In this document: positions 26,550 to 41,164 of the stretch, piece after piece | How positions within the stretch are numbered: the first letter of the stretch is position 1 | How the letters are laid out: the number at the start of each line of letters is the position of its first letter | From: Octopus vulgaris | Lineage: Eukaryota | DNA: 64,000 nt | Assembly (NCBI GenBank): GCA_951406725.2 | Contig: OX597824.1 | Location: 15,810,001-15,874,000, forward strand | Reading direction: 5' to 3' | The notes under the pieces: model-generated | What the model was told of the DNA's origin: nothing | Database searches by the model: none | The model's input: the letters and a program-made list of their open reading frames with translations, nothing else | Position numbers and translations under genes: made by a program

Positions 26550-27226
26550 ATAGAGAGAGAGAGAAAGATAGATAGATAGATAAAAAGAGCGGGAGAGAGA
26601 AGGGGCAGAAAGAGTAAGAAGGAGAGAAGGAAGGTGGTAGAGAGGAGGAGGGAGGGAGGGAAGGAGGCTATGAGGAGGCACCGACTGGTACTAGGTTTCG
26701 TAGTTGCTCGCCTGTCAAACGATGGGATTGTGGAAATCCAAAACCGTGTGGCTGCTAGCGCCTCAATCTGTAAAGACCCCATTTAAACAGTTCCCATGTC
26801 ACATGTCAGGGCACACTCTAGTCTTGTAAAAAGAAGGAAAGGTGGCGTCAAGATGCGTAAACAGGCGGACTAATCCGTAGAGCCAAGCGTTGAGGACTGT
26901 CATTTAAATCACTTAATGCTGTCGAGAATTCTCTGTTGTTGTTGTTCTTGTTCTCTTTTATTATTGTTTGTTTTTAGAGCGGCGGATTCTGTTGTTGTTG
27001 TTGTTGTTGTTGTTTATGTTGATATTGTCGGTGCTGTTATTATTGTTATTAGTGGTTGTTTTCATTTTGTTATTGGTGTTGTTTTTAGTTGTTTGTTTTT
27101 TGTTTTTTTATATATTTTGCCTCAAAGCAAGTGTGAACAACGCATCACACAAAATGGCTACCCCTATTGTCTTTCATTTAACGGTCTGCGCTTGCGTATG
27201 TGCGTCTGCGGAAGCGTATATTATAT

Positions 27227-27290
<64 letters not shown>

Positions 27291-27329
27291 ATATATATAT
27301 ATGCATGCACGTTTGTGTGTGTCTGCATT

Positions 27330-27810
<481 letters not shown>

Positions 27811-28174
27811 CTGGATATCACGCAATCTCTCTCCCCTTCTCTCTCTGTATATGTGAAACAAAGTAGCACATACAACCACCCACAAAAATAAAAAAAGACT
27901 TCAGTGGATAGGTTTATACGCATACACACACCCATATATATATATACACACGCACAGACACACACACACACATATATGTATGTATGTATGCATGTATATA
28001 TATATATATATATATATATAGATGCATGTGTTCTACACACACAAACGCACACGCATATATAATATATACACATACAAATGTATAGAGGTATTTATAGCCC
28101 TCCCTCTGTCTCTTTCTTCTCTCTCTCTCCCTCCCCCTCTCTCGGTATAATATATATGTATATGTGTGTACATA

Positions 28175-28289
<115 letters not shown>

Positions 28290-28365
28290 ACATACGTACG
28301 TACATACATATACAGTCACATTTATATAACCACACAGACCAAATCATTGTCCTACATGCATATGA

Positions 28366-28397
<32 letters not shown>

Positions 28398-28875
28398 GTG
28401 TGTGTTTGTGTTTGTGTGTGTCTACGCGTGCGTGTGTAAAATTCTGTGTGTGTAAGTGTATTTGTAAACGTATGCATGTGTGCATCTATGCGTCAATGAT
28501 ACACACACGGTTTACGCGATGCTTTTATCAAATCAGTTTTTCAAAGACTAAATCTTTCTTTTTTTTTTTTTTTTGGCTCCTGATGTTACACTTTATAGTG
28601 TTTTTAAACTTCGGCATTTTTTCTCCTGTGTTGTTGTTGTTGTTGTTGTTGCTGTTACTGTTATTTAATTTTATTCATCTATTTCTTTTTTTTTCTTCCT
28701 CTTTTTTTGATTGTCTGAATTTGATAGGTTCTTTGTTTTCTTCTTCTTCTTCCTCTTCTCATTCTTCTTCTTCTTCTTCTTCTTACTATCATCATCATCA
28801 TCATCATTATTAGCATTAGGTACAGCAGCAAAATCATCATCAGCGTCAGCATCCTTGCTATCATCGCTATTGATG

Positions 28876-28926
<51 letters not shown>

Positions 28927-29199
28927 GATATAATCATTATCGTTGTTGTAATTGTATGTGTGTACCAGAGTTGCTTGCCCTTGTTTGTTTTGTTGTAACA
29001 ATTGATGGCGGCTGTGGCGATGGTGGTGAAGGTAAATACCTGGTGGATTACTTTCATTCTTCTTCTTCTTCTTCTTCTTCTTCTTCTTCTTCTTCTTCTT
29101 TCCCTCCTCCTCCTTCACCTCCTCCTTCTGATCACCACCATCATCATCATCATCGTGGTCGCCGTCATCATCATCATCATCATCATCATCGTCACAATC

Positions 29200-29245
<46 letters not shown>

Positions 29246-29580
29246 ACAACAACCAGAACAACTTCTTCTTCCTCCTCTTCTTCAAATGCCATTTTCAATC
29301 TTCAAAAACGAAAACAGACAGCAACCATAAAAAAAAAAAGAAAGAAAGAAAAAATGCAATAAAAAATAAGCGTTATTTACAAACAACCAATAATAACCGT
29401 TGAACGCCGTGCGGACATCATAACTAGTCTCGCTGGTACACACTTTCTCTACGTAAACTGTAAGAGAATGTGTCTATATACGAGTGTGAACGCGGGCGCC
29501 TCTGCGCGTATGTCTCTGCTTGTATATGAGTGCCTGAGTGGATCATGTAATTGTACACGTGTGTATGTGTATATATATAT

Positions 29581-29741
29581 GGCGCAGGAGTGGTTGTGTG
29601 GTAAGTAGCTTGCTAACCAACCACATGGTTCCGGGTTCAGTCCCGCTGCGTGGCATCTTGAGCAAGTGTCTTCTGCTATAGCCCCGGGCCGACCAATGCC
29701 TTGTGAGTGGATTTGGTAGACGGAAACTGAAAGAAGCCTGT

Positions 29742-29835
<94 letters not shown>

Positions 29836-30040
29836 TGTGTCTGTGTTTGTCCCCCTAGCATTGCTTGACAACCGATGCTGGTGTGGTTACGTCCCCGTCA
29901 CTTAGCGGTTCGGCAAAAGAGACGGATAGAATAAGTACTGGGCTTACAAAGAATAAAGTCCCTGGGTCGATTTGCTCGACTAAAGGCGGTGCTCCAGCAT
30001 GGCCGCAGTCAAATGACTGAAACAAGTAAAAGAGTAAAAG
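29581..30040 (+). mobile_element. SINE group A
   Basis: Full-length copy. Confidence 0.9.
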
Positions 30041-30532
30041 ATATATGTGTGTGTGTGTGTGTATGTGTGTGTGTGCGTGTGTGTGTACGAGTAAAAGCGG
30101 TATTTCTTTAGTTGTTGTTGCTGTTATCGGCGACGAGGCTGTGGTTCTTGTTCATTTTCTCATTGCCATTGCAAGCAGCCGATTGACTTTCTCATTTAGC
30201 TTTCACACTCAAAATGGCGGTTAATGGTGTCCAGGTGAGAATATATTCACCACCGACTGAGTTAATTCTTCCCTAGACACTGTTGTTCATGTGCGAGTAT
30301 ATAGAAACACGATGCATATACACACACATACATACACACACACACGCACAAATAAATGCACACACATACAAGCACACGTATATTTATGTACAACGCGTAT
30401 ATTTATGTACATACAAACATACATACATACATACATACATACATACGTACATACATACACACATACATACTTATACACATTCATTATTGAACTACAAAAC
30501 TCGAGCAGACTTCAACTTCTACACGAATCAAA

Positions 30533-30768
30533 GTATTTCGTCTGCCGTTACGTTGTGAGTTCCAATTCCGCCGAGGTCGACTTTGCCTTTCATTCTTTCG
30601 GGGTCGATAAATTAAGCACCAGTTACGCACTGGGGTCGATGTAATCGACTTAATCCCTTTGTCTGTCCTTGTTTGTCCGCTCTGTGTTTAGCTCCTTGTG
30701 GGTAGTAAAGAAATAAGTATTTCGTCTGCCGCTTCGTTCTGAGTTCAAATTCCGCCGAGGTCGACTTT
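30533..30768 (+). mobile_element. Headless SINE group B, about 1.3 units
   Basis: Starts at GTATTTCGTCTGCC, has a junction at about 30710-30722 and is truncated at the Tc1 remnant. Confidence 0.85.
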
Positions 30769-30941
30769 CTTCCGGAGTTTTGTTTCGACGAGGAGATTTT
30801 TACCTCTTTCTCAAAGGCTGTCATTACTTTCGAGGCAGTACTTTTTGATACACCAAACGTTTCGACTGATTTCGTTAAGCTAGCGCCTGCCATACGAGCA
30901 TCAACAATTTGACCTCTTTGAAAGTCTGACAGATCTGTCAT
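30765..30941 (-). pseudogene. Tc1-like transposase N-terminal (paired-like HTH) fragment
   Basis: MTDLSDFQRGQIVDARMAGASLTKSVETFGVSKSTASKVMTAFEKEVKISSSKQNSGRK; LSDFxRGxIV and GR(P)K-type motifs; the rest of the ORF is SINE sequence. Confidence 0.85.
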
Positions 30942-31740
30942 TTTAATGAATTTTAATTACCTTTTTCTGATGATATCTGAAAAGAAAAATCAATTTTAGC
31001 AAAATATATTCAGCAACACTAATAATAAATAAAAAAAAACATAAAAATAAACAAGGTTTCGACGGCTTTATAGATATTTCAAAATGTTCATGCCGGTTTT
31101 TTAGATATTTCAAAATTATGATGCTATGTATATATGTATATATGATGTTATGTATATATATGATTTCATGTATATATATTATATATGTATGTGCGTGCGT
31201 ATGTATGTATGTATGTATGTATGTATGTATGTATGTATGTATGTATGTATGTATGCATGTATGTATGTATGTATGTATGCATGTATGTATATATGTATGT
31301 ATGTATGTATGTATGCATGTATGTATGTATGTATGTATGTATGTATGTATGCATGTATATATGTATGTATGTATGTATGTATATATGTATGTATATATGT
31401 ATGTATGTATATATGTATGCATGTATGTATGTATGTATGTATGTATGTATGTATGTATGTATGCATATATGTATGATTGTATGTATGTATATTTATGTGT
31501 GTATATAATTCGATTCTGAAGTCATATGACGGACGCCTTTAAACAACCTCATTGATCGTTTACCTGTATTTACCTTTCTCTGTCTCTCTCGCGTTTTAAG
31601 TTTTTTTTTTTTTTATTAGCCTATATTTTCTTTTCCTAAATCAATTTTTCAACATGCTAAACCTGTGGTCTTGGGTTTAGTGAGATAAAAAATATATTTA
31701 GAAAGGAAATATAAGGAAATATTTAGAAAGGAAATATATA

Positions 31741-32145
31741 GGCGCAGGAGTGGCTGTGTGGTAAGTAGCTTGCTAACCAACCACATGGTTCCGGGTTCAG
31801 TGCCACTGCGTGGCATCTTGGGCAAGTGTCTTCTGCTATAGCCCCGGGCCGACCAATGCCTTGTGAGTGGATTTGGTAGACGGAAAGAAGCCTGTCGTAT
31901 ATATGTATATATATATATGTGTGTGTTTGTGTGTCTGTGTTTGTCCCCCTAGCATCGCTTGACAACCGATGCTGGTGTGTTTACGTCCCCGTCACTTAGC
32001 GGTTCGGCAAAAAAGAGACCGATAGAATAAGTACTGGGCTTACAAAGAATAAGTCCCGGGGTCGAGTTGCTCGATTAAAGGCGGTGCTCCAGCATGGCCG
32101 CAGTCAAATGACTGAAACAAGTAAAAGAGAAAGAGAGAAAGAGAA
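31741..32145 (+). mobile_element. SINE group A
   Basis: Full-length copy. Confidence 0.9.
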
Positions 32146-32391
32146 TAAACAACAACAGGTGAGAAATTTCACAGGTTTTAGTAGGGCCTTTCCGAAGAAT
32201 AACAATTTATGCATGTCGATATCCAGGCGTATCTATCTCCACGATCTCTTTCGATCGACGCTTCATTTTTATTTTTCACAATCCCTTTTGATCGAAATTT
32301 TATTTTTCTCCTTTTTCTTTCTTCAAAAGAAAAGCTCTACTTTATATTTTGTCCCCTCTCTGTTCAGACCTGTGTGGCTAATAAAGAAACA

Positions 32392-32470
<79 letters not shown>

Positions 32471-32475
32471 ATATC

Positions 32476-32506
<31 letters not shown>

Positions 32507-33109
32507 AATTACTGTATGTATGTATCTATCTATTTATCTCTTTCTCTCTCTCTCTCTCCCTCTTTCTCTCTCTCTCTTTCTCTTTCTTTCTCTCACTCTC
32601 TTTCTCTTTCTCTCTTTCTATCTATCTACATACATACAAACATACATACATACATACATACATACATACATACATACAAACATACATACATACATATATA
32701 CATACATACAAACATACATACATACATACATATATACATACATACATACATACATTACATAAATACATACATACATACATACATACTTACATACATACAT
32801 ACGTACATACATACACACATACATATACACATTCATTATTGAACTACAAAACTCGAGCAGACTTCAACTTCTACACGAATCAAAGAAAATTTGTAACAAA
32901 TACAGAAACGAAAACACTTCAGCAAAGCTTAACTTCCATTTGAACCAAACTGACGAAGCATTTTCAGTTTCCATCCGAACGCCCTTGTCCCTTTTGTGTT
33001 TTCATACTTTTTTCCAAAGAGGAAGCGCCATGTTTGTAGTCAATTTTCATATTGCTGAAAAAAAGTAAGTACATACATATGCTGAGACGCCAACGAGAGA
33101 AGAGTTACC

Positions 33110-33340
33110 TATTTCTTTACTACCCACAAGGGGCTAAACATAGAGGGGACAAACAAGGACAGACATAGGTATTAAGTCGATTACATCGACCCCAGTGCGT
33201 AACTGGTACTTAATTTATCGACCCCGAAAGGATGAAAGGTAAAGTCGACCTCGGCGGAATTTGAACTCACAACGTAACGCAGACGAAATACAGCTAAGCA
33301 TTTCGCCCGACGTGCTAACGTTTCTGCCAGCTCTCCGCCT
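33110..33340 (-). mobile_element. SINE group B monomer
   Basis: 17-bp TSD ACGAGAGAAGAGTTACC (33093-33109, 33341-33357). Confidence 0.9.
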
Positions 33341-33694
33341 ACGAGAGAAGAGTTACCGTACGCTCACTTGCCCTTCTAGAAATAACAGCCAAAATTTTCT
33401 CGTCAAGTTGCGCTTAATGATCTTTAAAAAAAGGACACATTGGATATTGTAATCCTAGAGATACTGTGTTTAAAAAGGAGAGAAAAAAAAATGAGGGGCG
33501 GGATAGTGATAGCTGGAACGCCTATGCTCATAACTCTCCCAGATCGGTTCTTGCTTGGGGCTAAACGATGACGACGACGACGACGACGGCCACAGCCATT
33601 TCCTCAGCTCTGAGTTGAAGAATATTATTCTTTTGTTACATTCTTGCTAATCATCATTGACATATCTGACATCTTATAGGTTCACCTCCACTAA

Positions 33695-34348
33695 AAGCCG
33701 CCGCCGCCGCCGCCACAACCACCATCACCAATACCACCATCACCAATACCACCACCACCACCACTACCACCTCCACCTCCACCACCCCCATCCCCACCGC
33801 TCCAGCCACCACCACCGCCCACCACCACCGCCGACAACACAACCACCGCCGACAACACAACCACCGCCGACACCACCACCACCACCCCACCACCACCAAT
33901 ACCACCATCACCAATACCACCACCAACACCACTACGACGACCACCACCTCCACCCCCCATCCCCACCGCCCCGATGCCACCACCACCACCAATACCACCA
34001 TGGTCACCACCAACACCACTACGACCACCACCACCTCCACCCCCATTTCCACCACCACCGTCCTCACCATCACCACCGCCGACGCCGCCGACACCACCGT
34101 CACCACCAACACCACTACCACTATCACCCACACCACTATAATAAGAAAACTAACTCACTCGATTATAACCTCTACCACCACCACCACCACCACCACCACT
34201 ACCACCACTACCACCACAAACATCACAAACGCCCACCACTATTACCTCGCCCGCCAGAACCCCCAAACACACGCCCCAGTAACTTGCATCACCAAGACGG
34301 CCGCCACCACCACCACCACCACCACCACCATCAACAACAACAACAACA

Positions 34349-34384
<36 letters not shown>

Positions 34385-34430
34385 CCCACCACTACTACAA
34401 ATAATAATAATAATAATAATAATAATAATT
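33695..34430. repeat. Degenerate (CCA)n tract grading into (CAA)(CTA)(ATA)
   Basis: Direct; source of His/Pro/Thr/Gly ORFs. Confidence 0.9.
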
Positions 34431-34989
34431 CTGCAACAATATCACAATATCCGCTATTATATTTTAATACTCGCCTCATTGAGTTTCCATTGGATTTTCT
34501 ACACGTTTAAGGTTTTTAATCTTCTTCCATAACGCGGCTGGTGACATCACCACCACCACACCGCTACCACCAACATCGCCACCACGATCATCACTACCAC
34601 GATTACCGCCACTCTCATCAAAAAGCATCACCAGTACTAAAAATGTCGCCGCCATCACCACCATCGCGACCACTACAGCCGCCACCACCACCACCAACAA
34701 CAACAACGAAAATAGCAACATCACCACCGCCTATTGTACATTAGCACCACCATCTCCTATAATACATAAACACTTTCCCTAGAGCAGGATGGACATGAAT
34801 GGAAGGCTGTAAATCATAGGTCTGCTTGATCAAGGCTGATCCAGCGCAAAGACAGGGTACTCTGTTCTTCAGAGTACTTATTTATAATGTTTCCCCCCTC
34901 TCTCTCTCTCTCTCTCTCTCTCACTCTGTGTGAGTATGTTGTGTGTTTTTTTTTTTTTTTTTTGCTTTCTGAATGTGGACGATGGGACA

Positions 34990-35375
34990 CTGTCCCCGGC
35001 TCTCATAGGCCATCACAGGACATCATGAACTGGTGAGATTGAAGCTATTAATGTTCCACTTACACCTCTGTAAAATTAACTCCTGTTATTAAAATATGAG
35101 ATGTGAGGGAATTCCAGAGGTCTTAATTTCTGGGTTTAGTGAGTAGCGCGGATAATGGGGCCATCACACAGCAAGGAAGAGATATTTTGATCGGAGATTT
35201 CTGAGTGGAGATGGTATGAACTCAGCCAGATCTGAAGAAGAGAGGCCATTACAATATCAGTAGAAAAAGTAGAGAGAAGAGAGAGCTTGCTGCGCTTTTG
35301 GGCAAGGGGATGGTAAATGCCTGCCAGTGATTCATTGCCAAACAGTTGGATGTAGCCTACGCTTTCTGGGTGCAG
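34990..35375 (-). pseudogene. Degenerate CR1/L2-group LINE ORF2 C-terminus
   Basis: Minus strand with frameshifts: IQLFGNESLAGIYHPLAQKR..SSLYFFY*YCNGLSSSDLAEFIPSPL..LWNSLTSHIL..KWNINSFNLT. Confidence 0.7.
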
Positions 35376-35830
35376 CTTAAGTTATCTTTATTGTAAGCTT
35401 ATAATTTCTGAAGTAGAGACAATGATATATGCTTCAATTTCTGTTGAATTCATTTATCTTCATTTATTCTTCTGATATGATAACCTTAAGAAGGAAATAA
35501 AGCTTGCATTTTCACTTTATGGCCGTCTCTCAAACTAAAACAACTTCGGTGTTTAGTGTAAAATTAAAGAATAAAGAGTTAAAATAAAAGCAAAATAGAA
35601 AATATTCTTTATAAATACATAATAAAAAACAAAAAATGAAAATAACGGAGGCAATTTTTTTTTTAATCGATTAGTCTATAGTTCGTTTACCTCCATGTCT
35701 GAGATATAGTCACGTGACAGACAAAGTGACTCCATTTGTGAAAAGTGTCATTTTAGTTAATGTCTAAATCCACGCCTCTCTGGAGCAGGCGGCATGACAC
35801 ACACACACACACACACACACACATTCACAT

Positions 35831-35878
<48 letters not shown>

Positions 35879-36243
35879 ACACACAGAATGAAAATCTAGT
35901 ATTAACAGATTCTTCTGCAGAAATAAAGTTCAGTCGACATTTTTACCCAACCCATCACTTCAGGACACACCACAGCCTTTACGAATAACAAAAAAAATGG
36001 GTAAATGGGCAAATGAAGAGGGTAAAAATCAGCGAAATACAAAAATTATAAAACCCCCATAGATTCTAACGTATTCTTTCTCCTCCTCCTACTTTCTTTC
36101 TTTGTCTCGTTGTTGTTGTTGTTGTTGTTCTTCTTGTTCTTCTTGTTCTTCTTCTTCTTCTTCTTCTTCTTCTTCTTCTTCTTGTCCGATGTAATGTCAC
36201 CTTCGACGAAGGTCTCTGTGGTAAATGATAGAAATCCCTATTG

Positions 36244-36520
<277 letters not shown>

Positions 36521-37060
36521 TATTATTGGGTGAGAAAGCAGCGCATGCCATCAAAATGACACTGGGGTAAAATATATGAAGCCCAATATACCCATCATGA
36601 CTACCCGTCTCATACACTAGGCACATGTATCACATATGTGCCCCACATGGTGATCTCATATCAAGATAAACAGCATATGACCTTGCAGGTGGGGCCCAGT
36701 TAGAATTTTCTTCAGGTTGAGTAGCCCATCCCGCTCAAAAGGTCTCTGAATAAGGGTTGTTTAAGGATGTTGAAAGAACCACCCATGTTTCCAGAGGTGA
36801 ATTATTTAAACCCCAAAGAATCCCTCTCAACACATGGCTATGATGCTCCCCCACTACTTCTGCTCGTGATCAGAGATGCACATATCGTCAGCCACTAAGG
36901 GACATGCTAAACTGGTTAAGGTCAAACAACTGACAAGCAAATCTGTGGTATTGAGCAGAATATTTGCTGTAGCCCATCTTTTATACCAAGACAAAACAAT
37001 GTACATGATAACACTTCCAATCAGTTAAGATCAGGAGCCACGAGAGCCACTGCCTGGGTA
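36521..37060 (-). mobile_element. Unclassified non-coding repeat, possibly a (TAA)n-tailed non-LTR element UTR
   Basis: 540-bp complex block whose minus strand ends CTCACCCAATAAT into the (TAA)n tract; single copy here, resemblance to an octopus repeat is from recall only. Confidence 0.4.
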
Positions 37061-37068
37061 TTTATTAA

Positions 37069-37301
37069 GGCGGCGAGCTGGCTGAACCGTTAGCACGCCT
37101 TGCGAAATGCGTAGCCGTATTTCGTCTGCCGTTACATTCTGAGTTCAAATTCCGCCGAGGTCGACTTTCCCTTTCATCCTTTCGGGGTCGATTAAATATG
37201 TACCAGTTACGCACTGGGGTCGATATAATCGACTTAAACTGTTTGTCTGTCCTTGTTCGTCCTCTCTGTGTTTAGCCTTTTGTGGGTAGTAAAGAAAAGG
37301 G

Positions 37302-37305
<4 letters not shown>
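37069..37305 (+). mobile_element. SINE group B monomer
   Basis: Head, B-box GAGTTCAAATTCC, central domain, tail. Confidence 0.9.
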
Positions 37306-37378
<73 letters not shown>

Positions 37379-37393
37379 ATTATTATTATTGAA

Positions 37394-37608
37394 GGCGGCG
37401 AGCTGGCAGAATTGTTAAGCACGCTGAACGAAATGCTTGGCGGTATTTCGTCTGTCTCTACCTTCTGAGTTCAAATTCCACCGAGGTCGTCTTTCCCGTT
37501 CATCCTTTCGGGGTCGATAGATTAAGTACCAGTTGTGTACTGTGGTCGATCTAATCGACTGGCTTCCTCCCCAAAATTTTCTGCCTTGTGCCTAGAGTAG
37601 AAAAGAGT
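37394..37608 (+). mobile_element. SINE group B (alternative tail)
   Basis: Same head and domain; tail CCTTGTGCCTAGAGTAGAAAAG. Confidence 0.85.
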
Positions 37609-38014
37609 ATTAAATTATTCCGATTGCCTTTTATCAAAAGACTTCCTACCTACACACTCTCCTTCTCTCTGTTGTATCTCTCTTTTTGATTTTGATTTCT
37701 GTGTTTGTTTCGTCAGACTGACTCTTGTACAGGTATGCAATTCGGCTGTAGGAGTTTTTTTCGAGAGCGTTATATGCATGGTATTGTGATTTCCCATCTG
37801 ACCGTGAATTTATGAAATACGCACTTCTTTTTTTGGTTTTTTGCTTGTTTCTTCTTACACCTTCCTCTGTAAACAGAGATAAATGACACAGATTCTACCA
37901 TTTCGTAAGGTTTGTCTATTAAGGAATGTTAAATTTTTTAAATAGCCCCCAAAACACAGATACATATATACATACATGCATACATAAACACACACACATC
38001 TATATCTATATCAA

Positions 38015-38091
<77 letters not shown>

Positions 38092-38202
38092 GTCTGTCTG
38101 TCTGTCTGTGTGTCTGTGTGTCTGTCTGTCTGTCTGTCTATCTGTCTGTCTGTCTGTCTGTATGCATGTATGTATGTATGTATGTATGTATGTATGTATG
38201 TA

Positions 38203-38512
38203 TCAGGTCATCCCATAAGTTCTGTTTGAATTTTGAATAAAGAAAACAAGTGATCAAATGTTCAATTTAATTGAAATTTAATCATCAATGTACTTTCCCT
38301 GATTATCTATGACTTCCTTCCATCTATTTACAAAATTTTTAATCCCGTCACTGTAAAACTCTTTTGGTTTCAAAGCGAAGAACTCTGAAATGTCAGTTTC
38401 GACCTCTTCCTGGCTTGAAAAAGTTATGTCCCCCAAATGATTCTGTAAACTACGAAACAAATGGTAGTCTGAAGGAGCAAGGTCGAGAACATAAGGTAGA
38501 TGAGGAATTTTT
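38203..38512 (-). pseudogene. Mariner transposase C-terminal remnant with one TIR
   Basis: KIPHLPYVLDLAPSDYHLFRSLQNHL...FYSDGIKNFVNRWKEVIDNQGKYIDD* (YSPDLAPSD motif); TIR-like CAGGTCATCCCATAAGTTC at about 38204. Confidence 0.9.
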
Positions 38513-38560
38513 GTATGTATGTATGTATGTATGTATTTATGTATGTTTGTATGTATTATG

Positions 38561-38594
<34 letters not shown>

Positions 38595-39020
38595 TGTATG
38601 TATGTATGTATGTATGTATGTATGTTTGTATGTATGTTTGTATGTATGTTTGTATGTATGTATGTTTGTATGTATGTTTGTATGTATGTATGTATGTATG
38701 TATTTATGTATGTTTGTATGTATGTATGTATGTATGTATGTATGTTTGTATGTATGTATGTATGTATGTTTGTATGTATGTATGTATGTTTGTATGTTTG
38801 TATGTATGTATGTTTGTATGTATGTATGTATGTTTGTATGTATGTATGTTTGTATGTATGTATGTATGTTTGTTTGTATGTATGTATGTATGTATGTATG
38901 TATGTATGTATGAATGTATGTAAGTATGTATGTATGTATATTTGTATGTATGTATGTATGTTTGTATGTATGTATGTATGTATGTTTGTATGCATGTATG
39001 TATGTATGTATGTTTGTATG
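38513..39020. repeat. (TATG)n/(TTTG) microsatellite
   Basis: Direct. Confidence 0.95.
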
Positions 39021-39629
39021 TGTGTATATATGTATAGATAAATATATAGACAGATATAAAGGAAGAAAGAGAGAGGGGGAAGGAGACAAAGAGAGACATG
39101 GACACGGAAAACCAGAAGGGACAGAGTGAGTGAGAGAGAAAGATGTCCCCTTCCATAGATGATGGTCGTATTCTGAAACACAGAAGGAGCAGAGAGCTGG
39201 TATCTGTATCGAGAATCGCGTAGGGGTCACCTGCACCTATCATACAGGGATGTGTAAAAGTGTGACATCAAAGCGACTGGCATCAACCCTGACACGTGAG
39301 AAGCAGCAGCCACAGAGAGCAGCACTCAAATCTAACTGCATGTGACACACGGATTAAGCTGTATGTATCTCTCCTTCTCTGTCTGTCTGTCTGTCTGCCT
39401 GTCAGTCTCTCTCAATATATATATACAGACACACACAAATATAAATATATATGAATACACATACACATATATATATATATATATGTAATTGTATGTGTGC
39501 GTACATACATATATATATAAACCCACACTATGTATATATGCATATATACATAGATATACATATATATATATATATGTATGTATGTATGAATGTATGTATA
39601 TATATATATACATGTATATGTATATGCAC

Positions 39630-39660
<31 letters not shown>

Positions 39661-39683
39661 CACACATATCTATATATATGCAT

Positions 39684-39740
<57 letters not shown>

Positions 39741-40470
39741 TACATGTATATATATCAGAGACGACTCCAAGTCATCAGCATCAACCGGGCTCATCACAAA
39801 TATTGCATAAGACACATACCTGCTCCAAGAATCTCACTTTTTTCTAACCCAAAATGGCTTATTTTTTTTATATCTAGCATTATGTCTTTCTCCATTTCTA
39901 AGTGTCAAAATAAAGCAACCCTGCAAAACACAACTGATCTTTACACACAGACGCACAGAATAACAGCAATCAAATAACGACGGCGGAGTTCAGAACAAGC
40001 CTCATCGATCTGCCTGTCGCCTGTACTCTTGACTAGAGATGCCACAATTAGTCTTTTACACCTACCAGGCTCGTTCTTATTAGCTTGAGTTGCTGGATAA
40101 CTTCTCCTTCCTTTAAGAATATTGTAGAACGGAAACTTTTCATAGATTGGAATCTAAATCCTAATCTCTATAGAAATCTGTTTCAAGATTATAGATAACA
40201 ACACGGGCTGTAATTTCTGAAACCGAATCAGTCGCGTGTGAACGATGTCGAGAGAACGTCTGCTACCAATGATATTTTTTGACACAGGGCATCACTAAGA
40301 CAACTGCCAGATGCTGAATGAAAATAAATGAACTGCAACCAGGGTCACTAAAAGGAGCCCGAGATGTAAGCTGCAATTACATACTTGAAGTCAGTGTTGG
40401 CAGAAATTAAATCAGTATGCAAATACACGTTCCCTTTACTAAATTTATGCTCGGGCTAATCTTGAACAGC

Positions 40471-40647
40471 TTTAGGTATCCACAAAGTTTTCGTATCCAC
40501 TCATAGGGCTTTGATCGGACCTGGGGTAGAGCAGAAGACATTTGTTCAAGATGCAAACCAGTGGGACTGAACCTGGAAGTGCTTGAAATACGGACTAGAA
40601 AAACAGCTGGCAACTTATGAAGGGTCGTTCCTTATGTTGATTGTCTT
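40471..40647. repeat. Left arm of a 177-bp inverted duplication (partner 44117-44293)
   Basis: Near-identical reverse complement; a near-identical peptide appears on opposite strands in the ORF track. Confidence 0.9.
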
Positions 40648-40845
40648 GTTTTCCCTTTGTTTTTTTTCGTTGCTTGCAAAAAAAAGAAGCCCTTATTCCA
40701 TGTCCTCGTACTTCGTATTTTTTGTTGTTTGTTTTGTGACGTCCTGTGCCCACATATGCATATGTATATACGTATAAATGTAAGTATGTACGTATACGTA
40801 TGTATATATGCATATATATATATATATATTATTTATATTATTACT

Positions 40846-40991
<146 letters not shown>

Positions 40992-41058
40992 ATATATATG
41001 TATGTATATATATATACATATATATGTATTTATATATATATATGCATGTATGTATATA

Positions 41059-41164
<106 letters not shown>

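Noticed and set aside
29437-29495. Imperfect 55-nt hairpin as a candidate miRNA
   Set aside because: Bulged, partly CA/TG-driven pairing and no recognised seed
33657-34532. His/Pro-rich or mucin-like Thr-rich ORFs
   Set aside because: Degenerate (CCA)n open in most frames; no splice or domain support
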